NCBI GenBank assembly: GCA_963725865.1
Contig: CAVSAC010000014.1
Span: 96,001 to 160,000, forward strand
DNA: 64,000 bases
Origin: Candidatus Eiseniibacteriota bacterium
Lineage (GTDB): Bacteria > Eisenbacteria > RBG-16-71-46
Direction: 5' to 3'
The notes under the pieces are model-generated. The model did not search any database, was not told the origin of the DNA, and saw only the letters and a program-made list of their open reading frames with translations. This document shows, in pieces, positions 11,486 to 21,676 of this stretch (position 1 is its first letter; the number at the start of each line of letters is the position of its first letter). The translations under genes were made by a program, and so were the position numbers.

Positions 11486-13545
11486 ATGGCGAACTACGCC
11501 ACCAGCAACATCCGCACGGTCGCGCTCGTCGGTCAGGGCGGGTCGGGCAAGACCACGCTCGCCGAGGCGCTGCTGCTCGCGGCCGGCGCGATCACGGCGG
11601 CCGGCACCGTCGAGCGCGGCACGACCGTCAGCGACTTCGATCCGCTGGAGAAGACGTGGCAGCACTCGCTGCGCGCGTCGATCCTGCACCTCGACACGCG
11701 GGACACGCGCATCCACCTCATCGACACGCCCGGCTTCCCGGATTTCATCGGCCAGGCGATCGGCGCGCTCGACGCCGTGGAGACCGCGGCGGTCGTGGTG
11801 AACGCGCAGACCGGCATCGAGATGATCACGTCGCGCATGATGGACTGGGCGGCGAAGCGCAAGCTGTGCCGCGCTCGTCATCGTCAACAAGATCGATGCC
11901 GAGAACGTCGACCTGCCGGACGCTGCTCGCGCAGATCCAGGCGACGTTCGGCAAGGAGTGCCTGCCGATCAACCTGCCGGCCGGCGGCGGCAAGCGCGTC
12001 GTCGACTGCTTCTTCAACCCCGACGGCGAGTCCGATTTCTCGTCGGTCGGCCAGGCGCACCGCGCGCTCGTCGACCAGGTCGTCGAGGTCGACGAGGACC
12101 TGATGGCGCTCTACCTCGAGCAGGGCGAGATCGCGCCGGACGAGCTGCACGCGCCGTTCGAGAAGGCGCTGCGCGAGGGCCACCTCGTGCCGGTGTGCTT
12201 CATCTCCGCGCAGACGGGCGCCGGCGTCGCCGAGCTGCTCGACGTCCTGGTGAAGCTCGCGCCGAATCCGACCGAGGGCAATCCGCCGCTGTTCTACAAG
12301 GGCGAAGGCGACGCGGCCGAGGAGTTCCGCTCGGAGCCGGATCCGAAGAAGCACGTGCTCGCGCACGTGTTCAAGGTCGTGATCGACCCGTTCGTCGGCA
12401 AGCTCGGCGTCTTCCGCGTCCACCAGGGCACGGTGACCAAGGACACGCAGCTCTTCATCGGCGACGGCCGGAAGCCGTTCAAGGTCGGCCATCTGTTCAT
12501 GCTGCAGGGGGGCAAGAACGTCGAGGTCGACCGGGCGGTGCCCGGGCGACATCGCCGCGGTGGCGAAGGTCGACGAGATCGAGTTCGACTGCGTGCTGCA
12601 CGACTCGCACGACGAGGACCACATCCACATGCGGCCGCTCGAGTTCCCGACGCCGATGTAGGGCGTCGCGATCACGCCGAAGAAGCGCGGCGACGAGCAG
12701 CGGATCTCCGAGGTGCTGCACCGGATGATCGCCGAGGATCCCGACGCTCGTCGTCGAGCACGACTCGCCGCACCAACGAGACGGTGCTCCGCGCGCTGGG
12801 CGACCTGCACCTGCGCTCGGTGCTGGAGCGCATGACGAGCCAGTTCAAGCTCGAGGTCGACACCCAGCCGCCGCGGATCCCCTACCGCGAGACGATCACC
12901 GCGCAAGGCCGAGGGCCACCACCGCCACAAGAAGCAGACCGGCGGCGCCGGGCAGTTCGGCGAGGTGTTCCTGCGCGTCGAGCCGCGCGCGCGCGGCGCG
13001 GGCTTCGAGTTCGTCGACGAGACCAAGGGCGGCGTGATTCCGCACCAGTTCATGCCGGCCGTGCAGAAGGGCGTCGAGCAGGTGCTCGGTCACGGGCGCG
13101 ATCGCCGGCTTCCCGATGCAGGACGTGCGCGTCGTCGTCTACGACGGCAAGCACCACCCGGTGGACTCGAAGGAAGTCGCGTTCGTCACCGCCGGCAAGA
13201 AGGCGTTCCTCGACGCGATCGAGAAGGCGCGGCCGATCGTGCTCGAGCCGATCGTCAACGTCGAGGTCATCTGCCCCGAGACGAACATCGGCGACATCGC
13301 CGGCGACCTGTCGTCGCGGCGCGGGCAGGTCACCGGCACGCGGGGTCTGCAGCCCGGGCGTGCTCGCGATCAGCGGGCTCGCGCCGCTGGCCGAGCTCGA
13401 CGGCTATTCGGCGCGCCTGAAATCGGTGACCGGCGGCCACGGCTCCTGGTCGATGCAGCTGTCGCACTACGAGCAGGCGCCGCCGAATCTGCAGCAGCAG
13501 CTGGTCGCCGATACAAGAAGTCGCGCAAGCACGAAGAGGAAGTAG
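11486..13545 (+). CDS. Elongation factor G-like protein (EF-G2 paralog); frameshifts and one in-frame TAG
   Basis: GQGGSGKTT P-loop, DTPGFPDF, NKID, LGDLHL, PRIPYRETI, HKKQTGGAGQFGEV, DGKHHPVDS, LEPIVNVEV. Not in a str operon and lacks the canonical AHIDAGKTT/RGITI. Confidence 0.9.
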
Positions 13546-13553
13546 CGCGCGCG

Positions 13554-15021
13554 CTACTCGCGCCGGCCTCTGAACAGCGCGAGCGCGGCGGTGCGCGCGG
13601 CGGCGTGATCGACGACCGGCGCCGGGTAGTCGCGGCCGACGACGACGCCCTTCGCGCGCTGGACCGCCGGCGGAACGCGCCACGGCGCGTGGATTTCCGT
13701 CGCGTCGAGCGCCGCGAGCTCCGGCACGTAGCGCCGGATGAACTTGCCCTCCGGATCGAAGCGCTCCGACTGCGTCACCGGGTTGAAGATGCGGAAGTAC
13801 GGCTGCGCGTCGCAGCCGGTCGAGGCCGCCCACTGCCAGCCGCCGTTGTTCGACGCGAGATCGTAAGTCGAGCAGCGTGTCGGCGAAGTAGCGCTCGCCC
13901 CGCCGCCAGTCGACGAGCAGGTCCTTGACGAGGAACGACGGCCGCGATCATCCGCAGCCGGTTGTGCATGTAGCCGGTCGCGTTGATCTGGCGCATCGCC
14001 GCGTCGACGATCGGATAGCCGGTGCGCCCGTCGCACCACGCGGCGAACTTCGCCGGATCGTTCGGAAACGCGCAGCGCATCGTACTCGCGGCTTGAACGC
14101 GTGCGCCGACGACGCGCGGGTGGTGCCAGAGGATCTGCGCGTAGAAGTCGCGCCAGATCAGCTCCGACAGCCACGTGGCCGCGCCCGTCGCCGTTCGGCC
14201 TCGAGCGAGCGCGCGTGCGCGTAGGCGGCGAGCTCGCGGATCGACACCGTGCCGAAGCGCAGGTGCACGGACAGGTACGACGGTCCCTTGGCGGCCGGAA
14301 AGTCGCGCGCGTCGCGGTAGCGGTCGATGCGCGTCGCGAAAGTCGGCGAACAGCGCGGCGCCGCCGTCCATGCCGGTGCGCCACGCCGCGCGCCTCGAGG
14401 TCGGTCGGCCGAAAGCCCAGCGACTCGAGCGTGGGGATGCCGTCGGACGCGCGGGCGGCGGCGCGGCGAGCGCGTCGGCGTGGCGGCTCGACCGGGTAGG
14501 ATCTGCAGGTGGCCGGGCGTCAGCGCCTTGAGCCAGGCGTTCCTGTACGGCGTGAAGACGCCGAACGGCGTTGCCGGCCTGCGTCAGCACCTCGTCGCGC
14601 TCGAAGATCACCTGGTCCTTGTCCGTCCGGAACGCGATGCCGCCGGTCGGCGAGCGCGCGTGCGACGGCGGCGTCGCGGTCGCAGCGCCGCGGGCTCGTA
14701 GTCGTGGTTCGCGTAGACGGCCTCGACGCCGAGCTCGGCGGCGAGCTGCCGGAATCGCGTGCCCGGGCGTGCGCATGCCGGACGATGAGCGCGCCACCCA
14801 TCGCGCGCAGCGCGGCGTCGAGCTCGGCGACGCTGCCGCGGATGAACTCGCACGCGGCGATCCGCGCGAGTCGGCAGCGCGTCGAGGATCTCGCGATCGA
14901 AGACGAACGCGCAGTAGACCCGGCGCGCATCCCGGAGCGCGTGATGGAGCGCCGCGTGATCGAAGTCGCGCAGGTCGCGGCGGAACCAGACGAGCGCGCG
15001 GGCGATCGCACGGTCGCTCAT
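13554..15021 (-). CDS. phrB: Deoxyribodipyrimidine photolyase, class I (several frameshifts)
   Basis: LVWFRRDLR, WLSELIWRDFY, GRTGYPIVDAAMRQINATGYMHNRLRMI, DLASNNGGWQWAASTGCDAQPYFRIFNP. Confidence 0.93.
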
Positions 15022-16397
15022 TTGGGCGGCCGCCGCGTGGCCGGATGGCGAAGATCGCGGGCGCGCACTTCGTGGCGCCACAGGAGCTCCCCGGCCCCGT
15101 CGTAGCTCTCGAGCGCCAATCGACGGTCGTCGCCGGGACCGCTCACGCGGATCAGGCCGAACTGCCGCTTGACGACGAGCGTTCCCGGCACGACGTCGGG
15201 ATTGTCGCGCTCGGCCGCGTCGATGCGCGCCGGCGGTCGCGACGTCAGCGGGCTCGACGTGAACTCGTACAGCGGATAGGCGCCCGGCCGCTCGATCTTC
15301 AGGAGCTCCGAAAAATGGCGGTCGCCGGAGAGGAAGATCACGCCGTCGATCTTCCGCTCGGCCAGCCACTCGGCGAAGGCGTGCCGCTCGCTGCCGAACT
15401 GATGCCAGCCCTCGAAGCGGTTCGCGCGGCTCCAGAACTGGCCTCCGCCGGCGACGATCTTGATCGCGTTGCGCGGCGCGGAGACGAGCGCCTGCTTCAG
15501 CCATTCGAGCTGGCGCGCGCCGAACATCGTCTTGTCGGGACCGTCCGGCCAGCGGTCGGGATAACGGTAGTAGCGGTCGTCGAGCAGGAAGAACAGCACG
15601 TCGCCGAGCGCGCGACGCCGAACGTCCCCGGGACGTCGGGCAGCCCGAAGCTCGGATTGGGCCAGTAGCGCTGAAAGAGCGTCAGCGTCTCGCCCTTGAA
15701 GACGTTCGACGCGTCGCTGTCGTTCGGGCCGAAATCGTGGTCGTCCCAGATCGCGAGGTGCGTCGTCGCCGTGAGCAGCCCCTGCAGCGGACTCGAACTG
15801 GCGCTGGCGACGGTAGCGCGTCGCCATCGACTGCGGGTCGAGGAGGTCGGGTTGCTGCAGGTAGAGGTTGTCGCCCAGCCAGAGCATCAGGTCGGGGCGT
15901 TTCGCGGCGATCGCGTCGAAGATCCCGAAGCCGCCGCCGTAGTCCTTGCCGGGAAAGGCGGGATTGGCGTCGGCGAGGAAGAAGCAGGAGCCGATCGCGA
16001 CGGTCAGCTCGGAAGCGTCCCTGGGCGATGCCCAGTAGGGCTGCGCGCGCAGCACGCCGTCGCGGTGGTCGGGCCCGGCCGCGACGCGATAGGCGGCCGT
16101 GCCGGAGGGCTTGAGTCCGGCGAGGTGCGCGACCACGACATGGTCGTTGGCGTCGGTTGCCATGAGCTCCAATGCACGCTCGTCGGTTTCGCCGTCGACG
16201 CGCCAGCGCACGCTGACCGCCACAGCCCGATCGGCCTGGATCCAGAGCGTCGCGCTCGTGAGCTCGGCGTAGCCGTGCATCACGACGAGCCCGGCCGCCG
16301 CCGGGAGCGTCGCCGCGCAGACGGCGAGGGCGAGCGCCGCGCGCGCCAGCGCCGGACCGGCGGCACGGGCGACCTGCCGAATGGCGAGAGCGTGCAT
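15018..16397 (-). CDS. phoD: PhoD-family alkaline phosphatase/phosphodiesterase with signal peptide
   Basis: [24 protein letters not shown] (in a shifted frame), [19 protein letters not shown]-terminal hydrophobic stretch ending PAAA. Confidence 0.85.
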   Translation of the reverse strand: MHALAIRQVARAAGPALARAALALAVCAATLPAAAGLVVMHGYAELTSATLWIQADRAVAVSVRWRVDGETDERALELMATDANDHVVVAHLAGLKPSGTAAYRVAAGPDHRDGVLRAQPYWASPRDASELTVAIGSCFFLADANPAFPGKDYGGGFGIFDAIAAKRPDLMLWLGDNLYLQQPDLLDPQSMATRYRRQRQFESAAGAAHGDDAPRDLGRPRFRPERQRRVERLQGRDADALSALLAQSELRAARRPGDVRRRALGDVLFFLLDDRYYRYPDRWPDGPDKTMFGARQLEWLKQALVSAPRNAIKIVAGGGQFWSRANRFEGWHQFGSERHAFAEWLAERKIDGVIFLSGDRHFSELLKIERPGAYPLYEFTSSPLTSRPPARIDAAERDNPDVVPGTLVVKRQFGLIRVSGPGDDRRLALESYDGAGELLWRHEVRARDLRHPATRRPPK

Positions 16398-16436
16398 GTC
16401 GAGGGAGTTCGCCGGGCGGGTGCGCGGGGTCGCCAA

Positions 16437-16465
16437 TTGTGCCGACGGGAGCGCACGATTACAAT
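16437..16465 (+). promoter_or_regulatory. Putative sigma70 promoter for yqgE-yqgF-pyrRBC'
   Basis: TTGTGC-17 nt-TACAAT; the ATG follows 7 nt after the -10 box. Confidence 0.55.
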
Positions 16466-16472
16466 CGCTCTC

Positions 16473-17051
16473 ATGGGTGGCTCCAAGGGTGGCCCGGCCG
16501 CCAATTTCACGCACCACTTCCTGATCGCCATGCCCGCCATGGCCGATCCGCATTTTTCGCAGACGCTCACCTACGTGTGCGAGCACAACGCGGACGGTGC
16601 GCTCGGCATCGTCGTCAACAAGCCGACCGACATGACGCTCTCGGCGCTGTTCGAGCAGATCGACGTCCCGCTCGCCGACGACGAGCTGCGCCGCACGCCG
16701 GTCCATTTCGGCGGGCCGGTCCAGGTCGACCGCGGCTTCGTGCTCCATCGGCCGCTCGGCAACTGGCAGTCGACGCTGGCGGTCGACGACGACGTCGGAC
16801 TCACGACGTCGAAGGACGTGCTCGAGGCGGTCGCGCGCGGCGAGGGCCCGAGGGACGTCTTCGTCTCGCTCGGCTACGCCGGCTGGTCCGCCGGGCAGCT
16901 CGAGGAGGAGATCGCGCAGAACGCCTGGCTCACGGTGGCGGCCGATCCGGACGTGCTGTTCGAGACGCCGGTCGAGGCGCGCCTGCCCGCCGCGATGCGC
17001 CTCCTCGGCATCGACTTCTCGCGGTTGTCCGGCGATGTCGGGCACGCATGA
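16473..17051 (+). CDS. yqgE: YqgE/AlgH family protein
   Basis: [64 protein letters not shown]. Confidence 0.95.
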   Translation: MGGSKGGPAANFTHHFLIAMPAMADPHFSQTLTYVCEHNADGALGIVVNKPTDMTLSALFEQIDVPLADDELRRTPVHFGGPVQVDRGFVLHRPLGNWQSTLAVDDDVGLTTSKDVLEAVARGEGPRDVFVSLGYAGWSAGQLEEEIAQNAWLTVAADPDVLFETPVEARLPAAMRLLGIDFSRLSGDVGHA

Positions 17052-17522
17052 CGCGTGGCGCCGACAGCGCGAGCGGACGAGGCTCACGGTGCTCGCGTTC
17101 GATTTCGGAACGCGGCGGATCGGCGTCGCGGTCGGCAACACGCTCGACCCGCGTCGCGCGTCCGCTGACGACGATCGACGCCGAGGCGAATGCCGCGCGC
17201 TTCGCCGCGATCGCGGCGCTGATCGACGAGTGGCGGCCGGACCTGCTCGTGGTCGGGTCGACCGGTGCACGCCGACGGCAGCGAGCACGAGATGACGGCG
17301 CGCGCCGATCGTTTCGCGCGCCAGCTCGCAGGCCGTTTCGGACTGGACGTGGCGCGCGTGGACGAGCGGTACACGACGCAGGGCGCCGAAGCGGCGCTCG
17401 CGCAGGCCGGCGTACGCGGGCACGCGCCGCAAGGCGGCGCGCGACGCGGTCGCCGCGCAGCTGATCCTGCAATCCTGGTTCGACGACGACAGCGCGAAAC
17501 GACGACCCGTGGCGCTGCCTGA
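17048..17522 (+). CDS. yqgF: YqgF/RuvX pre-16S rRNA nuclease (frameshifted)
   Basis: [40 protein letters not shown] overlap with yqgE. Confidence 0.9.
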
Positions 17523-18010
17523 CGCCGAACAGACGCTCGCCGCGCTCGCCGAGCGCATGCGCGGCGCCGTCGCGTTCGACGCGCGGTTCGTCGGCATCTA
17601 CTCGGGCGGCGCGTGGATCGCCGAGCGGCTCGCGCAGATGATCGCCGGCGACCACCCGGTCGGCTTCATCGACGTCTCGTTCTATCGCGACGATTTCAGC
17701 CGCAAGGGCCTGAAGCCGGAGGTCAAGCGCACCGAGCTGCCGTTCGACGTCGAGGGCGCGACCATCGTGCTGGTCGACGACGTGCTCTACACCGGCCGCA
17801 GCGTGCGCGCGGCGATCAACGAGCTGTTCGACTACGGGCGGCCGGCGCGCATCGAGCTCGCGGTGCTGTCGACCGCGGCGGCCGCGAGCTGCCGATCGAG
17901 GCCGACCTACGCCGGCGCCCGGCTCGCGGTCGCCCGCGACCTCTCCGTCGTCCTGTCGCGCGACGGCGGACGGCACGCTCGCGCTCACCACCGAGGCCGG
18001 CGGTGCGTAA
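17509..18010 (+). CDS. pyrR: PyrR (short proteobacterial type) / uracil phosphoribosyltransferase
   Basis: [45 protein letters not shown]. Confidence 0.92.
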
Positions 18011-18964
18011 CCCGCAGCTCAACGCCGACGGCGAGCTCACCCACCTGCTGACGCTCGAGGGCCTGCCGGCCGAGATCATCGTCCGCATCCTCGACACCGC
18101 GGTGCCGTTCGCGTCGATCGCCGAGCGCGACGTGAAGAAGGTGCCGCTGCTGCGCGGCCGGTCGGTGTTCAACCTGTTCTTCGAGAACTCGACGCGCACG
18201 CGGACGACGTTCGAGATCGCGGCCAAGCGGCTGTCCGCCGACGTGATCAACCTCAACATCGGCGCGTCGTCGACGAGCAAGGGCGAGACGCTGCTCGACA
18301 CCGTCGACAACCTCGTCGCGATGAACGCCGACATGTTCGTCGTCCGCCATTCGCAGTCGGGCGCGCCGCACCTGATCGCCGCGCACCTCAACCGGACCGG
18401 CCGCGCGCACGTGCACGTCGTCAACGCCGGCGACGGCCGCCACGCGCACCCGACGCAGGGGCTGCTCGACCTCTTCACGATCCGGCACTACAAGAAGGAT
18501 TTCCGCAATCTCACGGTCGCCATCGTCGGCGACGTGCTGCACTCGCGCGTCGCGCGCTCGCTGATCCACGGCCTGACGACGCTCGGCACGCCCGAGGTGC
18601 GCGCGATCGGTCCGAAGACGCTGCTGCCGACCGCGGTGCAGGCGCTCGGGCGTGCGGGTCCACCACGACATGCGCGAGGGCCTCGCCGGGCTGCGACGTC
18701 GTCGTGATGCTGCGCCTGCAGAGCGAGCGGATGCGGGGCGCGCTGCTGCCGTCGGTCGGCGAGTACTTCAAGCACTACGGGCTGACGGCCGAGAAGCTCG
18801 CGCTGGCGAAGCCCGACGCGATCGTGATGCACCCCGGGCCGATGAACCGCGGCGTCGAGATCGATTCCGCGGTGGCCGACGGCGAGCGCAGCGTGATCCT
18901 GCCGCAGGTGACGTTCGGCATCGCCGTGCGCATGGCGGTGATGAGCATCCTGGCGGGCGCGTGA
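18003..18964 (+). CDS. pyrB: Aspartate carbamoyltransferase catalytic subunit (frameshifted)
   Basis: GTG start; [52 protein letters not shown]. Confidence 0.95.
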
Positions 18965-18967
18965 GAT

Positions 18968-19025
18968 GACCTGCCCACGCTCGCTGCGTTCGCTGCTTCC
19001 GGGCGAGGCACATCGCCCGTGGGTA
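18968..19025. repeat. Short REP-like palindromic intergenic element
   Basis: CCCACGCTCGCTGCGTTCGCTGC followed by the hairpin GGGCGA-ggcaca-TCGCCC, in a 120-nt gap of an otherwise tightly packed operon. Confidence 0.3.
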
Positions 19026-19084
19026 CGGCTTCAGCCGGACGCGAATCTGAAGGGCCGCAGCCACTGAGGGCGGCCGCCACTGAC

Positions 19085-20372
19085 ATGAAGATCGAGATCA
19101 GAAACGGCCGCGTGATCGACCCGAAGCACGGGATCGATCGCGTGGCGTCGCTCTACGTCGCCGCGGGCCGGGTCGGCGGCGTCGGCGCGCGCGCCGGCCG
19201 GCTGGAGCGCGAATCGGAGCGATCGACGCGCAGCGGGCGCGTCGTCTGCCCGGGGCTCATCGACCTTTCGGCGCGGCTGCGCGAGCCCGGCTTCGAGTAC
19301 AAGGCGACGCTCGAGTCGGAGATGGACGCCGCCGTGGCCGGTGGCGTGACGAGCCTCGCCTGTCCGCCCGACACCGATCCGCCGCTCGACGAGCCGGGCC
19401 TGGTCGAGATGCTGAAGCACCGCGCCCGCTCGCTCAACCAGGCGCACGTCTATCCGGTCGGCGCGCTGACCGTCGGCCTCCAGGGCGCGGAGCTCACGGA
19501 GATGGGCGAGCTCGCCGAGGCCGGCTGCGTCGCGTTCTCGCAGGCCGAGATGCCGCTGATCGACACCGGGGTGCTGCTGCGCGCCATGCAGTACGCCGGC
19601 GACGTTCGGTCACCGCGTCTGGCTGCGCCCGCAGGACGCGCATCTCGGCCAAGGGCGGCGATCGCGCACGACGGCGAGGTCGCGACGCGTCTCGGCCTGC
19701 CGGCGATTCCGCGCGGCGGCGGAGACGATCGCGCTGGCGACGATCTTCGCGCTGGTCCGCAGCACCGGCGTGCGCGTCCACCTGTGCCGGCTGTCGACCG
19801 CCGAGGGCGTGGCGATGGTGCGCGCCGCGAAGCAGCGAGAGGCCTGCCGGTGACCTGCGACGTCGCCGTGCACCATCTGCATCTGTGCGACGTCGACATC
19901 GGCTGGTTCGACGCGCAATGCCGTCTGATTCCGCCGCTGCGCGGCACGCGCGACCGCGCGGCGTTGCGCGCCGGCCTCGCCGACGGCACGATCGACCTCG
20001 TGTGCTCGGATCACACGCCGGTCGACGACGACGGCAAGCAGGTGCCGTTCGGCGAGGCGGAGCCCGGGGCGACGGGCCTCGAGCTCCTGCTGCCGCTGAC
20101 GCTGAAATGGGCCGCGGAGGATCGCATTCCGCTGTCCGGACGGCGCTCGCGCGCATCACCGCGCGGCCGGCGCACGATCCTCGGCATCGACGCCGGGCAT
20201 CTCGGCGTCGGGGCGCCCGCGGACGTCTGCATCTTCGATCCCGACGCGCATTGGCGGGTCGAGCCGTCGGCGCTGCAGCAGCCAGGGCAAGAACACGCCG
20301 TTCCTCGGACTCGAGGTGCCCGGGAAGGTGCGCATGACGCTCGTCGGCGGGCAGGTGGTATTCGAAGGCTGA
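19085..20372 (+). CDS. pyrC': Dihydroorotase-like protein PyrC' (probably catalytically inactive)
   Basis: PGLIDLSARLREPG (HxH replaced), AAVAGGVT, CSDHTP, GATGLELLL, GKNTPF; directly after pyrB. Confidence 0.88.
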
Positions 20373-20374
20373 AA

Positions 20375-20435
20375 TGCAATCGGAATGATCGATGGCATGC
20401 GCCTGTTTGCCATTCGGTTGATCACGGCATGCGCC
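20375..20435 (+). repeat. Imperfect tandem direct repeat upstream of the hydrolase gene
   Basis: TGCaaTCGGaaTGATCgatGGCATGCGCC (20375-20403) and TGCcatTCGGtTGATCacGGCATGCGCC (20408-20435). Confidence 0.55.
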
Positions 20436-20463
20436 AAAGCGGCGCGCAATTTGGGAGGAATGG

Positions 20464-21339
20464 ATGAAACTCGACCTCGAACAGGACGTGAAGGGCTTGC
20501 TGCCGGAGAAGGATTTCGACCGCCGCGATTTCATCTGGACCGCGCTGGGGGCAAGCGCCGCGCTGGCCCTGTCGTCGCCGGCTTCTGCGCAACAGATCAC
20601 GACCGATGCCAACGGGCTCGACGTCGCCGACGTCATGATTCCGGCCAAGGACACCCAGCTCCGCGGCTACCGGGCGATGCCGGCGACCGGCGGGCCGTTC
20701 CCGGTCGTGCTGGTCGCCGCGGAGATCTTCGGGCTCAACCCGTACATCAAGGACATCTGCCGGCGGCTCGCCAAGGTCGGCTACTACGCCATCGTGCCGG
20801 ACTTGTACTCGCGCAAGGCCGATCTCACCAAGATCACCGACATGGCCGCCATCATGCCGATCGTCAACGCGAAGTACGACACCGAACTCGTCGGCGACTA
20901 CGACGCGACCGTCTCCTTCGCGGCGGCGAGCGGCAAGGCGGACACGAACCGGATGGCCATCACCGGGTTCTGCCGCGGCGGACGCACGGTGCTTGTTTAT
21001 GCGGCGGCGAATCCCAGGCTCAAGGCCGCGGTAGCGTGGTACGGGCCCATCGGCGGCCAGGCGAACGAGTACACGCCGCGCACGGCGATGGATCGCGCCG
21101 GCGAAATCAAGGTCCCCGTGCTTGGCCTCTATGGCGGCAAGGACGCCGGCATCCCGGTCGACCAGGTCGAGAAGTTCTTCGCCGCGCTGAAGGCTGCCGG
21201 CACGCCGGCCGAGGTCGTCATCTATCCGGACGCCGGGCACGGGTTCAGCGCGGACTTCCGCCCCGACGTTTACCGGAAGGCGGACTCCGAGGATGGCTGG
21301 AACAGGATGCTCGCCTGGTTCAAGAAGTACGGGGTGTAG
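20464..21339 (+). CDS. Dienelactone hydrolase family protein with Tat-like signal
   Basis: GGGAGG RBS; DRRDFI twin-arginine; EIFG, GFCRGG nucleophile elbow, GGKDAGIP, AGHGF. Confidence 0.92.
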   Translation: MKLDLEQDVKGLLPEKDFDRRDFIWTALGASAALALSSPASAQQITTDANGLDVADVMIPAKDTQLRGYRAMPATGGPFPVVLVAAEIFGLNPYIKDICRRLAKVGYYAIVPDLYSRKADLTKITDMAAIMPIVNAKYDTELVGDYDATVSFAAASGKADTNRMAITGFCRGGRTVLVYAAANPRLKAAVAWYGPIGGQANEYTPRTAMDRAGEIKVPVLGLYGGKDAGIPVDQVEKFFAALKAAGTPAEVVIYPDAGHGFSADFRPDVYRKADSEDGWNRMLAWFKKYGV

Positions 21340-21521
21340 CGCCGGCGACCCCAAGTGATCGCAATTGTGACGTGTGCTACGGAGCCTGGGCTGTCAGGCT
21401 TAGGATGATTCATGCGCCCGACAGCCCAGGCTCCGCGGCACATGGCGTCGCGCTACGACTCGGACGGTTGCCGAGGCGGCTGTCGCAGGCCCTCGCCGGG
21501 CGCATGGGGTGCCTAAGCCCG
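21336..21521. repeat. REP/REPIN-like nested inverted-repeat cluster between convergent genes
   Basis: About 28-bp stem 21372-21399 / 21416-21443 with a 16-bp perfect core (CGGAGCCTGGGCTGTC); outer GTAGCG/CGCTAC pair; second inverted copy of 21395-21420 at 21497-21521. Confidence 0.7.
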
Positions 21522-21555
21522 GGGGTATGTCACCGCTGCCAGAGCAGAGTCGATG

Positions 21556-21675
21556 CTACTTTTGCTTCGGCACGCGTCCCAGCAGGTAGAACTCGTCGTT
21601 CGGCATGAGGCCGATGAGGTTGGCCATCCGGTTCGACAGGCAGAAGAACGCCGAGATGTTGCCGATGTCCCAGAT
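21556..21675 (-). pseudogene. C-terminal 39 codons of an AhpD-like peroxidase-related enzyme, cut at the junction
   Basis: Manual translation IWDIGNISAFFCLSNRMANLIGLMPNDEFYLLGRVPKQK-TAG resembles the C-terminus of proteobacterial peroxidase-related enzymes; absent from the ORF track. Confidence 0.8.
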
Positions 21676-21676
21676 C
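21670..21676. other. Probable chimeric junction between two unrelated genomes
   Basis: The SLBB gene (..SVNDYVDL) runs out of frame into the peroxidase fragment at CCAGATC; gene content changes lineage on each side. Confidence 0.85.

Noticed and set aside
12659..12661. Pyrrolysine or recoded TAG in the EF-G-like gene
   Set aside because: No pyl genes are visible, TAG acts as a normal stop in neighbouring genes, and a single-base miscall is simpler.
21395..21521. Integron attC site
   Set aside because: The ends read GCCTAAG/CTTAGG rather than RYYYAAC/GTTRRRY, the order is wrong, and there is no cassette array or integrase.
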